DNA of 64,000 bases. Source: Camelus ferus (Eukaryota). Each line of letters starts with the position of its first letter. The first letter of the stretch is position 1. The notes beneath the pieces are model-generated. The model made no database searches and was not told where the DNA came from. It saw nothing but the letters and a program-made list of their open reading frames with translations. This document shows, one piece after another, positions 14,745-28,699 of the stretch. Location: contig NC_045697.1 in assembly GCF_009834535.1 (NCBI RefSeq), positions 101,620,001 to 101,684,000 of the forward strand, read 5' to 3'. The translations under genes and the position numbers were made by a program.

Positions 14745-15370
14745 GGTGGTGATGAGAACTGAGCAGAAGCACTTGAATTGGGGATCTAGTTTGAAGGTAG
14801 AGCTGATAGGACTTGCTGATGGACTAGATTTGGGGGATGAGGGGGGAAAAAAGAATCACAAATTCATTGAGATGGAAAAGAAGAGGGAAGAGCCAGTTAC
14901 CAAGGGTGGTGGAGGCTAGAAATTAAGTGCTTACTTTTGGACTTAAATTTGGGATGCTCATTTGATATCCAATTTGAGACCACAAGCAGGTAGTTGGATA
15001 TACAAGTCTTGTAGCTCATGGAGAGGGCAGGCATGTAGATAGAACTCTGGGAGTCATCAACATATAGACTGCATTTAAAGTAATGCGTTTAGATTAGATT
15101 GTCTAAATAGAGCAAAAATAGAGAAGAAAGTGGGCTAGGGGCTGAACTCTGAGTACCCTACTGTAAATGGATCAAGCAGAGAATGCTGTGCAAGCAAGGA
15201 AAAGCCAGGGCGGTGTGTTCTAACAGCCACATACTAAATTTTAAGAAGAGAGCAATTAGCTGAGTCATATATTGCTGAGAATGTGAGTAACTTAAGGGGA
15301 GGAAATTCACCATTGGATTTGGTGTTAGTAGATACCTCAATAAAAGTTCTGATGAAGTGGTGGTGAAATG
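14745..15370 (-). mobile_element. L2 LINE fragment
   Basis: tttgaaggtagagctgataggacttgctgatggactagat, ggtagttggatatacaagtct, tgggagtcatcaacatatag. Confidence 0.8.
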
Positions 15371-16842
15371 AGTATCTTATGAGCTGGGTCAGTATGAGGC
15401 TTATCATCTCTAGGTAGATAAATCAAATTCCGTTTTGGGACCAGTAAGGCTGAATATGCTGATCTACTGAGACACTGCCACCTGGTGACACTCCACTGAG
15501 AGAAAAAGTTGCCAATCCTTATTTATTCTTATGTCACCTTCTGCTAATTTAATTAAAATATAAACAGAAGTTTTAATATGATACTTTCAATGCCCTGTGA
15601 GGCTTTATGCTTACAGTAATCTAATGGTTAATTCCTCTATTGGTTGAAAAATCTGCTTAAAACCAGTTAATACTATTTTTTAAATAAATAAAAAATCTTA
15701 AATGATTTTTCATAAAGGATTCATTTGGGGAGGAAAAAAAAGTAGCTCAATTCACAGGACAATTGTGAAGAATTTCTAGGCTTGTAATAGTATCAAAAAA
15801 ATAGAAGATTTAAGAGCAGAGGAGGTTTACTCCCCAGGCAATTGGCTTATCCAGAATTGAAAATCTACAGATAGATATGGGATCACAAAGAATCACACAT
15901 CTTACTTACTGAGTGATTCATTAAGTGGGGTGAGAAACAAGAATGCTTATTATAATCCAATAAAGGCCCTTCCTCTCCCTAGTAGCCTTCAGCCACAATA
16001 GGGGGGAAAAGAGAAAAGTGCATAATAAAAAATATCTAACCAATAGCCATAATTTTTTATCCTCTTCCATGAGCTCCTGTAGCCCCACCCCTCACCACCT
16101 ACTCCTCAAACATAGACATACAGACTCTTTCCTTTTCTCATTGTTTTTTTCTGACCTGGAAAAAAGACTAAGAAAGTCTCCCAGCATCACCAGTGAGGGA
16201 GGAAAGATGGACCAAACTCAGTAATAACACCAACAAATCTAAATCAACTTTGCCTATATGAAGGCTTCCAGTACCTATTCCTCCCCCACTGCACTGAAAT
16301 AGATGGTGGTTTTCTCAATAGATTCATTAAGTATCTCAGAAACGACCAGTATTTCAAAGTGAAAGTTGGGTAAGAAAAGCAAGAAAAGAGAAATGATTCT
16401 GAAAACTAATGGAGCAACTGGAAAATAAAACACTGGGTAAATTAATCAAGGTTTGAGATCTTATCTCTGCATTCTTCCTACTGTCTTAGAACGTATCTTC
16501 ATGACCTATATACTTAATTACAGTAAGATCCTGTGTGTGTGTGAATGTGTATTAGTATTTCACTTTTTGTCTTTGTCTCTCTACATAAATCGCCAAATTA
16601 ATCTTAGCAATATCCTGCTTTGCTCATACCAATCCCTTGTGGAAAATTTATAATTCTCTTTAACCCAACATAAAAAAGTATGACAGTCTATGGCCATCAT
16701 ATGCACAAACAGTCCAGTGTTCCAGCAACCTTTCCCTCTTTCCATGCTTTTTATAAACTAGCTCTGTATCCTACCATTCAAATTAATTTCTTATCATGCC
16801 AAACAGACGATCACATCTATAAGACCTCTCCCTTCCCACCTC

Positions 16843-17411
16843 TGAGATAGGAAGAAAGGGAGCAGGTCACAGCCATTCAAGAAACGACACAGCATTTAAC
16901 ATGAAGGTGGCAGAAAATTCAACTCTCAACAGGCCCTGAGGCCCAAGACGGCAGGAGATTTGGCTCCCAGTAGAACTTGAGCGTCATTATATGCTCATTG
17001 TAATACATTAACATGGTAAATGGCACTCCCTCAGGTGCCATGGAAGTTCCAAGCCTAACCATAATAGGTCAAAAAGTGGGTGGTGGTCCAGTTCCTGAGA
17101 ATCTCAGCCCCTTTCCCAAAAATAGTTGGAATAATCCTCCCACTTGTTAGCCCATGAAGCTACCAAGCCCATAAAAACTAGCAACACTGTGCCTTTCATC
17201 CTTTTGCTCCCTCGCCTTCCAAGTTGGCCCACACTCTGTCTATGGAGTATGTATCTCTCTAAATAAATCTACCTTTACTCAAATGTGGCTCACTCTTGAA
17301 TTCTTTCCTGTGCAAATCCAAGGACCCACACTTGGCAGGATGCACCCCAGGGACTCAGCTGAGACCTGGGACACGGCCATTCTCTCACCCTACATTTTTT
17401 TTCCTGTATCA
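16843..17411 (+). mobile_element. Solo ERV1-class LTR
   Basis: TGAGATAGGAA...TTCCTGTATCA imperfect terminal inverted repeats, TATA-like cataaaa at about 17170, AATAAA at about 17262, flanks CCTC/CCTT. Confidence 0.85.
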
Positions 17412-18949
17412 CCTTCACACTTTTACTGCTGACTTTTTATAACCTAGCTGTATTTCAAGAATATGAATAAACTTGGCAACAGATCTTTATTTAGCATTTT
17501 CTGTACGCTAAAGATACAGTGGGTTCAGAATGAGAGAGATATATCTTACTGAAATGCCAAGGCTTGTCCCTTGAAAACAGCAGATTTTCTAAAATGGAGA
17601 CAGCGACTTGGAGAGCTAACTAATCAATTAGGGAAAGTCCATGCTGACAAGAACACACTCATATTTTTCAAAGCAAGTCAGCTATAGTTACTTTGAGCAG
17701 CACTGGAGAAGATCCTACCCAATTAAAAATGAGACCTTAAATCAGGAATCCTAGGATGAGAGGGCACCTTGGTAGAGTGAAAAGAACTGGCAATCAAATT
17801 CTCTGGCTTTGTCCTTATTTTACAATCGACTGTATTACCTCAGGCAGTCTCTTAAACCCTCTGAGTCTTTTTACTCAGTTATATAAAATAGAAAAAAATA
17901 CTGATCTGATTGACTCAAAGGTGTTTGTTAACTTTGAATTTCTATGACTAGGAGGTAGTTCCGGCACTCCAACAGTTGATAAAGCAACTGGAGTAATTTA
18001 TAACATCATCATAATTCACATATGGCAAGCTCTCACATCCCGTATTCGTATATTTAACAAAGATGTTACGTGTCTACCATATGTGAGGTTAGATCCAGAG
18101 AATGCAAAGTAAGACCCTGCTCTTGAGAAGATCATAGTTTAAGTTACATAAACCAAACAAATAGTTCAAAATATGCCATACATGTTATACTAGGGTGCTA
18201 TACTAGTTGCTATAATAACACAAAGGGAAAGCAACTAACTCTTGGGGAAAGGTGAGGATGGTCAGAGAGTCCTTTGAAGGATATCATGTTTGAGATGAGC
18301 CTGGAGTCCTCCTGAATGATCAGAATTCTCCATCCAGAGAGAGAACTTCTATTTATGGCCCATCAGGGCTGGTTATACAGCAGTTATAGATGCCTGGATA
18401 TCCAAGGGACCTATGAATCATTAAAAAAAAAAACAAAAAACAGCTTACCCTTTAAAATAAAGCTGAACAAAAGGCCTTACCTTTTGTTCAGCTTTATTTT
18501 TAAGAAAAACAAGTCTTTGCTTGCTTTTTATTAATTTATGTGTTCTGAAACCAAGTTATCCTACAAATGAAGTTAGAAAAATTCATTCACAGGAAGGTAT
18601 GGTTCATCTTGACATTTCATTCGCTTTTATAACTTCTGTTTGCAGCTGAGTAGCTCAATTGAATCATATGTTATAAGCTTTGCACAATGATAAAACACTT
18701 AAAACTCAAGAGCAAAACTATAACAGAGCGCTCAGAATTTTACAATTTTAAGAGATGTTTATAATTTCATCAGTTTTTGAAGTTTAGATTTCCAATGCTC
18801 ATCACAATGCCTGGTACATATTAGGTATCCCATAAATAGTTGTCAAATTTACACTGAATAAGTGGTTAAAGAAGTAGATGAAGGAAAAGATGAATATAAG
18901 AGACATGGCCTGGGGAGAGAGTCAAAAATAGCTAACACTATTTTTAAAT

Positions 18950-20181
18950 ACAGAGATTAAATTTGACCACAAAATATTTAATGTTTCACTCCTCAAAAAG
19001 TAGGTTTTATTTCCCAACCCCTTGAACGAGGGCTGGCTTGTGATTTGCTCTGACCAACAGAATGTGGTAAAGTAGAGCTAGGAACTTCCAAGTATCAGAC
19101 TCAAACTTTAGAACTCTGTTCTCATCTTCTTGAATGTCTGTAGTGACTATTTGAAAAAACCCAGGCTATCCTGCAAGAGAGAACCTGTAAATAACACCCT
19201 TCCCCTCCAGCCAACAACCCAGATTAACAGCCAGACATACTCCCAGTGGAGCAGCCAGATTACAGCAGCCACACCAATGACCCCAAGAAAGCTCAGCACA
19301 AGAACCACCCAGCTGTACCAAGTCAAATTGCAGAATCATGAGTAAGTAAATAGGTTGTTGTTTTAAGCTTCTAAGTTTGGGGGTGCTTTTTTATGCAGAA
19401 ATAAATAATTGATACAGAAATGCGTAACTAGAAGTGGAGTACTGACTTAACAAAACATAAACATACATCATTGTATTTGGGATCACGTGGTGAATAGGTT
19501 GAGTAGAGGCTAGAAAAGGAGGAAGGATGGCTGGAAGAACGATGAACCAAATGTTAGCGGGGCCTGAGAGGCAGTGATGATTCTTACTGGAATCTGGAAA
19601 AATATAGAAACTCATGGTGTATAATGTGGGAATAATTGATAAAACTCTTGCCTGAAGTAACTTAGAAGCTAGATAATGTACCTAGAAGATATGTGGCTCC
19701 AGCTAATGTATTAGGCAGACTATTGAAAGTGGCCATTGCCTTCTTTGAGCTATGTATAAGGTACAAGAAGAGAGAGATTATAAACAAGGAATTGATCGGT
19801 TTGCAAACAGAATATACAGGATATACAGAGAGCCCTGGAATTGCTAGGCTGGACTTATTATTCCCATCCCAAGCTTCCCCAGCAAATAAATAAATAAATA
19901 AACACAAACAAATAAATAAATAAAGTAAGAAATGGCCTTAGAGCAAAGACTGACTCAGGGTGTGGCTGTATGACCCTTTCCTAAGACCTCAGAAAGATTT
20001 AAAATAGTACCCAGTAGAATGTCTCAATTAGATAAATGGCTACTAAGAATCTTAAGGGTGTTTTCCTACAGTATACAGCGATGCTCCAGCCATAAAGAAG
20101 TCTGCTTCAAATTATGGATGTAACTTGCATTAAAAGGGACTGCAGTCATTCAAATTGGAAAAGGCCTCCAACTTTCTACAG
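18950..20181 (+). mobile_element. MaLR (MLT1) LTR (about 18950-19416) plus internal sequence, interrupted at 20182
   Basis: LTR end ttttaagcttctaagtttggggg...aattgataca followed by MLT-int-like gaaatgcgtaactagaagtggagtactg; internal-like sequence resumes at about 22491. Confidence 0.75.
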
Positions 20182-22490
20182 TGGTGGACACTGTGTTGTG
20201 CCATCCAGATTCCCCTTCAGGAATGAAGAATTTAAATTTATCATCCAATTTTTAGTTACTTGGGCAGATGGCCAGCCCTAGGCTATAACCCCCTTTGGGA
20301 ATTATCATACCTAAAGAAAGCCACCTTGGCCAAAGTCATATCTCTGTCCTAAGAATCCTATATCCAATAAATGACAAGTGTGTGTATATTTAGGCCTAGC
20401 CCTTTCTCCCCAGCTCATTCCATCTTCATAACTCCCCAAATGGTCAGTTGAGGCCTCCATTCAGACTTCATTACAGCAGCTCAGCATTTCCTTCTGCCCC
20501 ATCCTGCTTCCCTCCATCCCCATTCATCCACAGACATAAATCCTACAAGCATTCCTAATAAACCTCCCCCACACTAATTCCATTTAGGACTCTACTTCCC
20601 GGGAACCCAACCTGCAAAACTTGGTACCAGGGTTGGAGAAAGAGAAAGTAGAGGTATATAAATGGACATGTAAGAGTGGGCATGAAGTATAAAATCTTTG
20701 TTTTACATGTTAATGCCCACCAGAAAGCAACCCCCACAGAAGAGTCACTAAACAATGAGGTAATCAAAATGATTCAATCACTTAATATCAACTGTTCCCT
20801 ATAATCCGCCATCCCAGTGCTGGTGCAATGGGCACATAAACTGAGTACCTTTGGTGTCAGGGAAAGGGGCCTTGCATGAGTGCAGTAACTTAAGCCCCTA
20901 CTTGCCAAGGAAGCCCAACCTGCTAACACCAAAGACCAGTGCTGAGTCCTCTATACAGCACCATTCCTTGAAAAGACCACCCAGCCACCTGGTGGCAAGT
21001 AGACTGCACTGGACCGCTTTCACCCAGGCAAGAGCAGAAATTCATTTTAATGAAAATAAAGACAAATTCTGGGTATTGGTTTGCCTTTCCTGCCTACAGT
21101 ACCTTAGCCTGCACCTCTCTTAGAGGGTTTATCCACCAGCCTGGGATCACATATAACTTCCTATCAGACTAAAGGACTCACTTTACAGCAAAGAAGGTAT
21201 GTATTTATACTTAGGTAAGGACTGTGGAATTCACTGGTCATATCACATACCACACCATCCTGAAACTGCTGACCTCGTAAAGCAATGGGACAGCCTGTTG
21301 AAGTCACAGCTGAAGCATGTTTAAATGCGGTAATTTCTGAATATGGTGCACCATCTTCCAGGATGCACTATATACTTGGAATCAATAATATTTATATGGT
21401 TCCAGGTCCCCAATAGGATGACTGCTTTTGTCTGGGAGCCAAGGGGCTCCTGCTTTCAATCATTCGCAGTACACATTAGGGAATGTACTTCCCATATCTT
21501 CAATTCTAGGCTCAATGGATTCTGAGCTCCTGTTTCCCAATAGGATACTGTTTATACTAGAATCTTCAGCAAGAGTTCCACTGAACTACAGAATGTGGTC
21601 ATCTGGGTATTTCAGGCAATTTGTACTCAAGGATCAGCAGGCAAGACGTCGCCATCTTGCAAGGATAACTGTCAAGGGTAGGCAGAACTACTGTTATATA
21701 CTAGGAGTAAGGAATGTTATGTTTGACACCTGTTCATCCATTTGGGATGTTGTGGTGCTCTTTGCCTGGTTTTGAAGGTAAACAGACAAGGAAACAACTC
21801 TATTAATCAAGGGCTCAAACCCCTCAAGGATGAGCCATGCCACCACGTAAGCCAATAAGACCACAAGTTCTAGCTGAGAGTGAGGGCAATATAAAATGGG
21901 TATTAAACATGGTAGAGGATGAGGTTCAATTGCAAGACCATCTGCAACAGGCAGGGGGGTTGTAGTTTCTCCCAATAATCTTCCCCTTTGAAACCTAGAG
22001 GAGCTACTTCCAAACCTTTTAGGAAGAAATCTGAGCAGCATAAGAAATGGACTGTGTTGGGTTCTGTGATACGCTGCTCAGATTCCCCTTCAGGAATGAA
22101 AAAAAGATTATCCCAGCCTCTGAGTGTGCTACTGACAGGCAATCCTCAGTTGGCAACTTCCTTCTAAGATTGCTTCAGTCAAAGAAAAATGTCTCAACCA
22201 TTGTCATACCCTTGCCTTGGGTGGCCTACATAGAATACAGTGGTGTCAAGGTCCACGTCTCTTACCTTAACTTGGGGTAGCTTTGAGGAGTCATCCTACC
22301 TTTAAAAGACTCTGTAGGGAGAGGGGAGTCTTCTGTTAAGACTGCATCACAGCTTGAATCCTCCCCTTGCCCAATCCTACTCTCATCTTCCCTTCAAAAA
22401 CTGTTGATCCTAAGAATACTACCCAAAAAATCTCCTGCAAACTAATCTCCATTAAGGAGAGAGTTTCCCAGGAAAGTCAACCTAATGGCA
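20182..22490 (+). mobile_element. ERVL-class (LTR16/ERV3-16A3-like) provirus with two LTRs and a large internal deletion
   Basis: Homologous LTRs at about 20182-20619 and 22045-22490 share cagattccccttcaggaatgaa. PBS-like ttggtaccagg at 20621. Internal remnants resemble RNase H/integrase (catgttaatgcccaccaga, tcagactaaaggactcactttacagc). Confidence 0.8.
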
Positions 22491-22559
22491 GACAGGATAC
22501 AATCTGAGACTACTACTGGGCTGCAAACACCACTCATTTATTATGGACAGTATTCCATT

Positions 22560-22838
22560 TCAACAAACTAATATCCTTCAATACAATTCAGGCACAAACC
22601 ACCTGGAGTTAGCGTAGACCCTACAAGTTAAGGGTTCAGTCCTCCACTAGACTGCTCTGACTTCAGATGCCAGCTGCAAGTTCAGGTGGTCTCCAGGACA
22701 CCCACACTTCTGATCAACTGGCTGAAAATCCAAGGGTTCTCATGACCTCCTCAGGCTCTATAACTCACTAGCATGACTCATAAAATTCAGGAAAGCGTAT
22801 ACTCACAATTATAGTTTTATAAGAAAAGATACAACTCT
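22560..22838 (-). mobile_element. MER21-like LTR fragment
   Basis: acctggagttagcgtagaccctacaagttaagggttcagtcc...acttcagatgccagctgcaagttcagg. Confidence 0.7.
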
Positions 22839-23609
22839 GACTCCTCCCAAACTTGTAAAACAGAGTCAAAACCACTCATCAGTCATCATTTTATATTCTA
22901 AAATGTCGTTGTGCTTCCTAATATTATGTTACATTGTTTCCCTTTCAGTTCCAGAGAATAATTTGACGCAAGTATAGACATTTTAGAAATTAATTTCAAC
23001 TTTCATAATAAAATCTAAAGATCATGTTTCCATTTGTTTATTTTATTCACACACTCTCAGACTAAATAAATTGTCCTTCCTACTTTCACAACAGACAAGA
23101 TCATATCTTTTTGAAACATTAAAATCATTTCATGTCAGGGTCTACATCTGTCTTTCAAAGTTACTGATATCAACAGAAATAAGTATAAAAACTTCTACAA
23201 CTTTCCTGATTTGTGTTTTTAAATATTCTTGATAAGGTCATCTATGATACTTCCTACAAGAAACAACTTTCACATTCATTTATTCCTTCAATGGCATTTT
23301 CAATTATTCATTTAACATGCGCTTATGGCACATACCTGATACATATTAGGTGTTTGATGGGCATTGTGAATGAAGAGATCTTGAATTTTCTCTAGTTTGG
23401 AAACTGCTACAATTGTGAGTTCTAAGAGCCCCGCCATGATTTCTTGCATTTAAAGGAATAAAGGTTTAGTATTACAAACTACTTAGAACTTATTCATTCA
23501 AACTATTAAATTTCAAACCAATGCTTTTTCCCCCTTCACTACCCAAATTATGTCCTCTGAACATTATTTTATAATAACAATTTTCATCTAACATGCTGAG
23601 CTTCTTTTG

Positions 23610-24037
23610 GTATCAGTTAGGATTATGTTTACCACTAAATAACTAAAAATTTGACTAAAAGTCATTTAAACCATGAGAATTTATTTATATCATGCAACAA
23701 GAAGTCTAAGGGTTGGCGGTTGAAAGGCTCAATGATGTTATCAAGCAAACAGACTCCTTCCATCTCCTATGCCAGCACCCTTGGCAGGGAGTTTTCCTGT
23801 TCGTGTGTGCAAGATGGCACTGCACCTGCAGGCACCTGCTAGGAACCATCTCATCCAGAAAGATGGGGGAAAAGAAACACTTATTTCATTTACCTCATCT
23901 ACATTACATGGCTCGACCTAGCTTCAAGGGAGTCTAAGGAATATGAATCCTTAAGATTTCTACTACTCTAGTGGAAGAAAAGAAAGGGAGGGGATTATAA
24001 AAGAATTTGGTACAGCCAATCTATAACATCTGCCACA
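23610..24037 (-). mobile_element. Old MaLR LTR (MLT1-type)
   Basis: tatcagttaggattat...caagatggc...acatggctcgacctagcttcaagggagtct...tctgccaca. Confidence 0.6.
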
Positions 24038-25011
24038 CCCTTCTGAAGCAGTTATTTTCAGTATATTCCATTCCTCTCATTCCAAATCAGAATCACTTTA
24101 GGGTATCATATTTCTCAGGTTAGTTGAAGTGAGAGATATGTATTATTCCAGAGAGAGATAAAGAGAAATCAAATTTTCTTTTTTTTTTCTTCCTGCTTTT
24201 GAAATATAGTTTGAATACCCAATTCTTAATGTTGGAAGTTCAGAGAATTGAACTCATCTCTCTGGGTTCTAAATTATAAAGTACTCTTACAAAGAACTTG
24301 TAACCATAGAGTCCATTTTACTCAATCTAGACAAACACCCAATCAGTTTAAAATTCACGTCTTTCTATTAACAGTCGGATTTGAGAGCATGGATTGAACT
24401 TTAGACCTAAGTGGTCTGCTAACAGACCTAACTCTGGATCCTGCTAACACTCTAACTCGGATCCTTAAAACCCACTCAGAAGAGAGGCAGAATCGTAGTG
24501 CAGACTCTAAAGCCACTTGCCAGGCAGAGGTGACACGACTCTAGGGGGCTCAGGTCACATACACCATTTTACAGCATGTAACATACAAGACAGAGGCAAA
24601 GGCCTTGCGGAGAGAGTGACAAGCTCTTCTTTACAGAGAGGAAAGCACTGCCCAATCTTTTTCAATTCTATCACATAGTCAGGAATACAAGGAAAATCAA
24701 GAGAATAAGAGCCTGAGGTACCCTATTCTCCCATCCACCAAGCCATTCCAACTAGAAAAGCCTCACTCCAACACAAGATTAATTTCCATTCACCTTTCAC
24801 ATTGTAAACTTATAGGACTTACTGCTTTTCCTTCATATATATCACAGTTAGTAATTATGTGTTTTTGTATTTGTTTCAAATCTGTTTTCCCTATTGACCC
24901 ATCAGATTAATCAGAATTATCAGATTACCCCCAAATTAATCAGATTATCTCCTTCAACTAACAAGGTGGAGAGAGGGATAAAAGCTTCCCTGACAACCCA
25001 TCTCCCTAGGG

Positions 25012-25231
25012 CAGGAGTCAGCAAACTGTGGCCTTTGGGTCAAAGCCACCCAGACTTCTGTTTTTGTAAAGTTGTACTGGAAACAGCCATGTCCGGTTCT
25101 TTACTCATTACCTAAGGCTGCGTTCATGCTACAATGGAAGAGTCCAGTAGTTGTGACAAAGACCACATGGATCACAAAACTGAAAATATTTACTAGCTAG
25201 GCCTTTACAGAAAAAAGTTTGCCAATCTCTG
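25012..25231 (+). mobile_element. hAT-Charlie MITE MER58A-like
   Basis: TIRs caggagtcagcaaact / agtttgccaatctctg; internal aaaatatttactagctaggcctttacagaaaaaag. Confidence 0.85.
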
Positions 25232-25254
25232 CTCTAAAGAGATTGACTTGGCAA

Positions 25255-25490
25255 GAATTTTTGACCATATTCACAATAAAAAATATTTTTATTACAATGC
25301 AACCCACTTGATATAATCATGTGTGTGTGTAGATATACAGATATACATGAAATCTGAAACAGATGTTTCATAAGACAGCACTTTCCCCTTATCATATGTG
25401 ATATACTCATATTTTCTCTTCATTCATGTCATTTTTTAAAGCTGGTCACAACCCACTAAACTGACTTCACAACCCACTAATGATGAAACA
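25255..25490 (-). mobile_element. hAT-Charlie MER119-like fragment
   Basis: gctggtcacaacccactaaactgacttcacaacccactaatg subterminal repeats. Confidence 0.6.
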
Positions 25491-26589
25491 AACTGCACCA
25501 TCTCTGAATGGTTTCTCCCTACACTTAGATACATAGGAAACATGGAAAAGATGATAGCAGTTATTGTTTATTACTCTTTAACTCTCTATTAAATATATAT
25601 TTCTTCAGTAAAGGGAAAAAACAGATTTGCCTATGCTCAGTGTTCATTTATGCAACCAATATTTTAACAAATATTTATAAAATACATATATTCTGAGTTT
25701 TTACTAGGTTCTATGAGTACAAAAGTGAGCAAAACAGACATGGAGCTTAGACTTCAATAGGGAAAACAGGTTTGAAACAAATACTCACAAAAATATATAA
25801 TTACAGACTACAATATGAAGGAGACACACTAAGTTCCGTAAGGTAACAATGTGAAAGGTGAATTGAAATTAATCCAGTTTTGGAGGGAGTGAAGCTTTTC
25901 CAGTTAGAATGGCTTTACTAGGGAAGTGAAAGTAAAATGATAACTTTAAGAATGAGACGTTAACTAGGCAAACAGAATGGGAGAAGGGGACAGCAGTACC
26001 CAAACCAATCTTAATAATGACGTCAGCTAAGAGCTAACATTATACAATATCTATTATATTTCTCTAAGCACTTTACACATATCAACTCATAATTCAGGTA
26101 GAAAGAGGCAGATATGAAACCAGGATCTAAGCCCCAGGCAATACTATAACCAAAATACTTAATGAGATAAAATAAGATGCTATTGAGTGTAGTTGGAAGA
26201 GAAACACATGTACTCCAACGACACTTGTATTTAAATCTCTATATGTCTGAGTAATCTTGGCAATTACTTAACTTCTCTGAGCTTCAGTTGCTTTATTATA
26301 CAGTTAAATGTTACGAAGATTAAATTAGATAGTATATTATACTATTGCCTGACATATGGTAAACATACAAATATTAACCTTTTCTTTCTAAATCCCACCC
26401 ACTCTCCAAACTCAGAGCTCCTTGAAGATATGTGGCTAAATCTAAGTTCATTATTCACTCAACATACAAATTGCAGGGGAAGAATGGTATGTATTAGAAA
26501 AAAAAAAAAACACAAAAGAGGCATTCCATCAAAATTCGAAGAGAAAATTATTTTCCACTTATAATGCTACATCCAACCTCCATCCAAGA

Positions 26590-27400
26590 AGGAGGAAGAC
26601 ATGGAAAGCAGCACCCAGATGAAGGTGTAGGCAGAGAGGGTTCCCAGCATGATGCTGAAGAGGAGTCTCAGCAGGCCCACAGGGCAGTCCGTCCCAGGTG
26701 GGGACCAGCAAGGGTCTGAGAGGGCTGTCATCAGGGAAAACGTAAATCTGACAAGTTATCAATGTATTTGACCATGTCAAGAAGAATTTCAAAGTTCTAT
26801 GGGAAATTTGGGGGCTAAACTTAGTAAAAGAAGCACAGTGGGGATAAAGCAGATTTTTAAAAAATTAAAGCAATTGTTAGTTCCATGAAAGACAAATATT
26901 GTACAAGAAAGGAGATATAAACATGGCTTAGCTATGAACAATATTTACACGTTTATAATTAGGTACACAATTATTGTTCATTTTCACAAAAATCATGACA
27001 TATGTGTCTGAGGAGGAGAGAGAGAGAGGGAGAGTGTGGCTGGGTATGCAGTGGGTGGGAGAGAGGGACATATGAAAGCTTTATCGTCATCTTCCATAGT
27101 AGGAAGTCAACCAAAGGAAAGTCTAAAATTTAAAAATTATTATCTCATCATTAATTTTTTTTGTTTTAAAGTGTTTTAAAATAAATATAAATTTAAAAAT
27201 TAAAATTAAAAATCAAGAAAGAGTAGTATACAGAAACATGATGGAAATAAAATAACAAGACATAAGCTAAAAAAAGAGTTGAAAGCAGTACAGAGGATAT
27301 TGGGGGTGGGGAGGGTGGAGGAGAGAATGGCTGCTTTTGTTGTAAGCTTGGAGTGGTATCTGTGCTTTGGTATGCAAGAAATAAAAATTTAAATTTAAAA
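26590..27400 (+). mobile_element. Ancient L1M 3' UTR fragment
   Basis: aaacatggcttagctatgaacaatatttacac, tcatcttccatagtaggaagtcaa, A-rich end. Confidence 0.55.
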
Positions 27401-28699
27401 TAAAATTTAAATTAAATAAGCACCTCGGCAGACTCTCAGGAAAGGTTTTTTAAAACCATTTAACTATCCCTGGGAATCTCTTAGAATACTAGACAATGTC
27501 CTGGACCTCATAAAATAGATAATAAAAGCTTAACTGACTTCATACGAACATTTTATTTGGGCTCACTTGAATTCTATCTATAGTAACACTATGAGATATA
27601 AGCATCCCGTTTTACAAATGAGAAAACCAGGCAAGATAACCGACTCAGCAGCACACTGCCAGTGCCAAGAAGTTGCGTGTGTAGCTCCCACAAAGCATCA
27701 AAGACATTCAATTTCTCTTGAGTATCAAACACACACACAATTCTAGGAGTCAAATAATTTTTTCAAGTGTCTATTGTAAATTTCTTTTACAGAAATATAA
27801 TCATGTTCAAAGTGAAATTGGAAGTTGTTCACTAAACCATCTCTTAGCATATTTCTACTTTTGTTATTTATTCCACTAGCTTATTTTCCTTTATTACTGT
27901 TCTATTACTTATTGTCAGTAATAAAATGTATTACAAATTCACAATATGTGAAAAGTTATCAAGAGCAAAAGAATACATGAGCTATAAAATGCTACAAAAT
28001 CATAAATATTTATTTATGGGAATGGCAGACAACAAACAGGAATTGCATACTGATGATCTGTGTGAACACATATGTCCCAGAGTCAGATTCTATTTTTGAT
28101 AAACTAGTCATTTAAGTGTGAAATTATAGAGAATGCCTATGATCCATTAGCACTCACAAATTTAATTGGGAAAATGTCTTTAATAATGCGAACAATCTAT
28201 GGTAAAAAATGTGGCTGAGGGTTAAGACTCCATTCAGCACCTAAATAACTCTAAGTAAATCAAACATTCACTTTGTCCTTTCACAATCTTTAACTTAAAA
28301 ATTCTTAAAAGGTGCTTATTTTGATAAATACAATGACACTTGCCTCAAAATCTATTCCTAGTTAGATCACCTAACTAAAAAATGATTCAAAAAGTTATTA
28401 TAACTATTTTGGTGAGTTTTATCTTACTTCCCATATTCCATGTTCTATAGTAGGTTGGAGCAATGGAAACAAATGAAAAAAGCAATTTCAACTGAAAGGA
28501 AGTATGAACTCCATCAATATATTCCTTGTTCCGTCAAAAAAAAAAAAACCCATATGCATATCTACCCAACCATGAACCCTCTCCTTTTGTATGACAGGTG
28601 TTCCTCACTCTTGGCCAAGTTGAAGATCTCCTAAAGTGCTTAGAACCCAATACTAATCATCAAGTATTTTCCTTTGCCATCTCTCCCCAGTTATATCCC

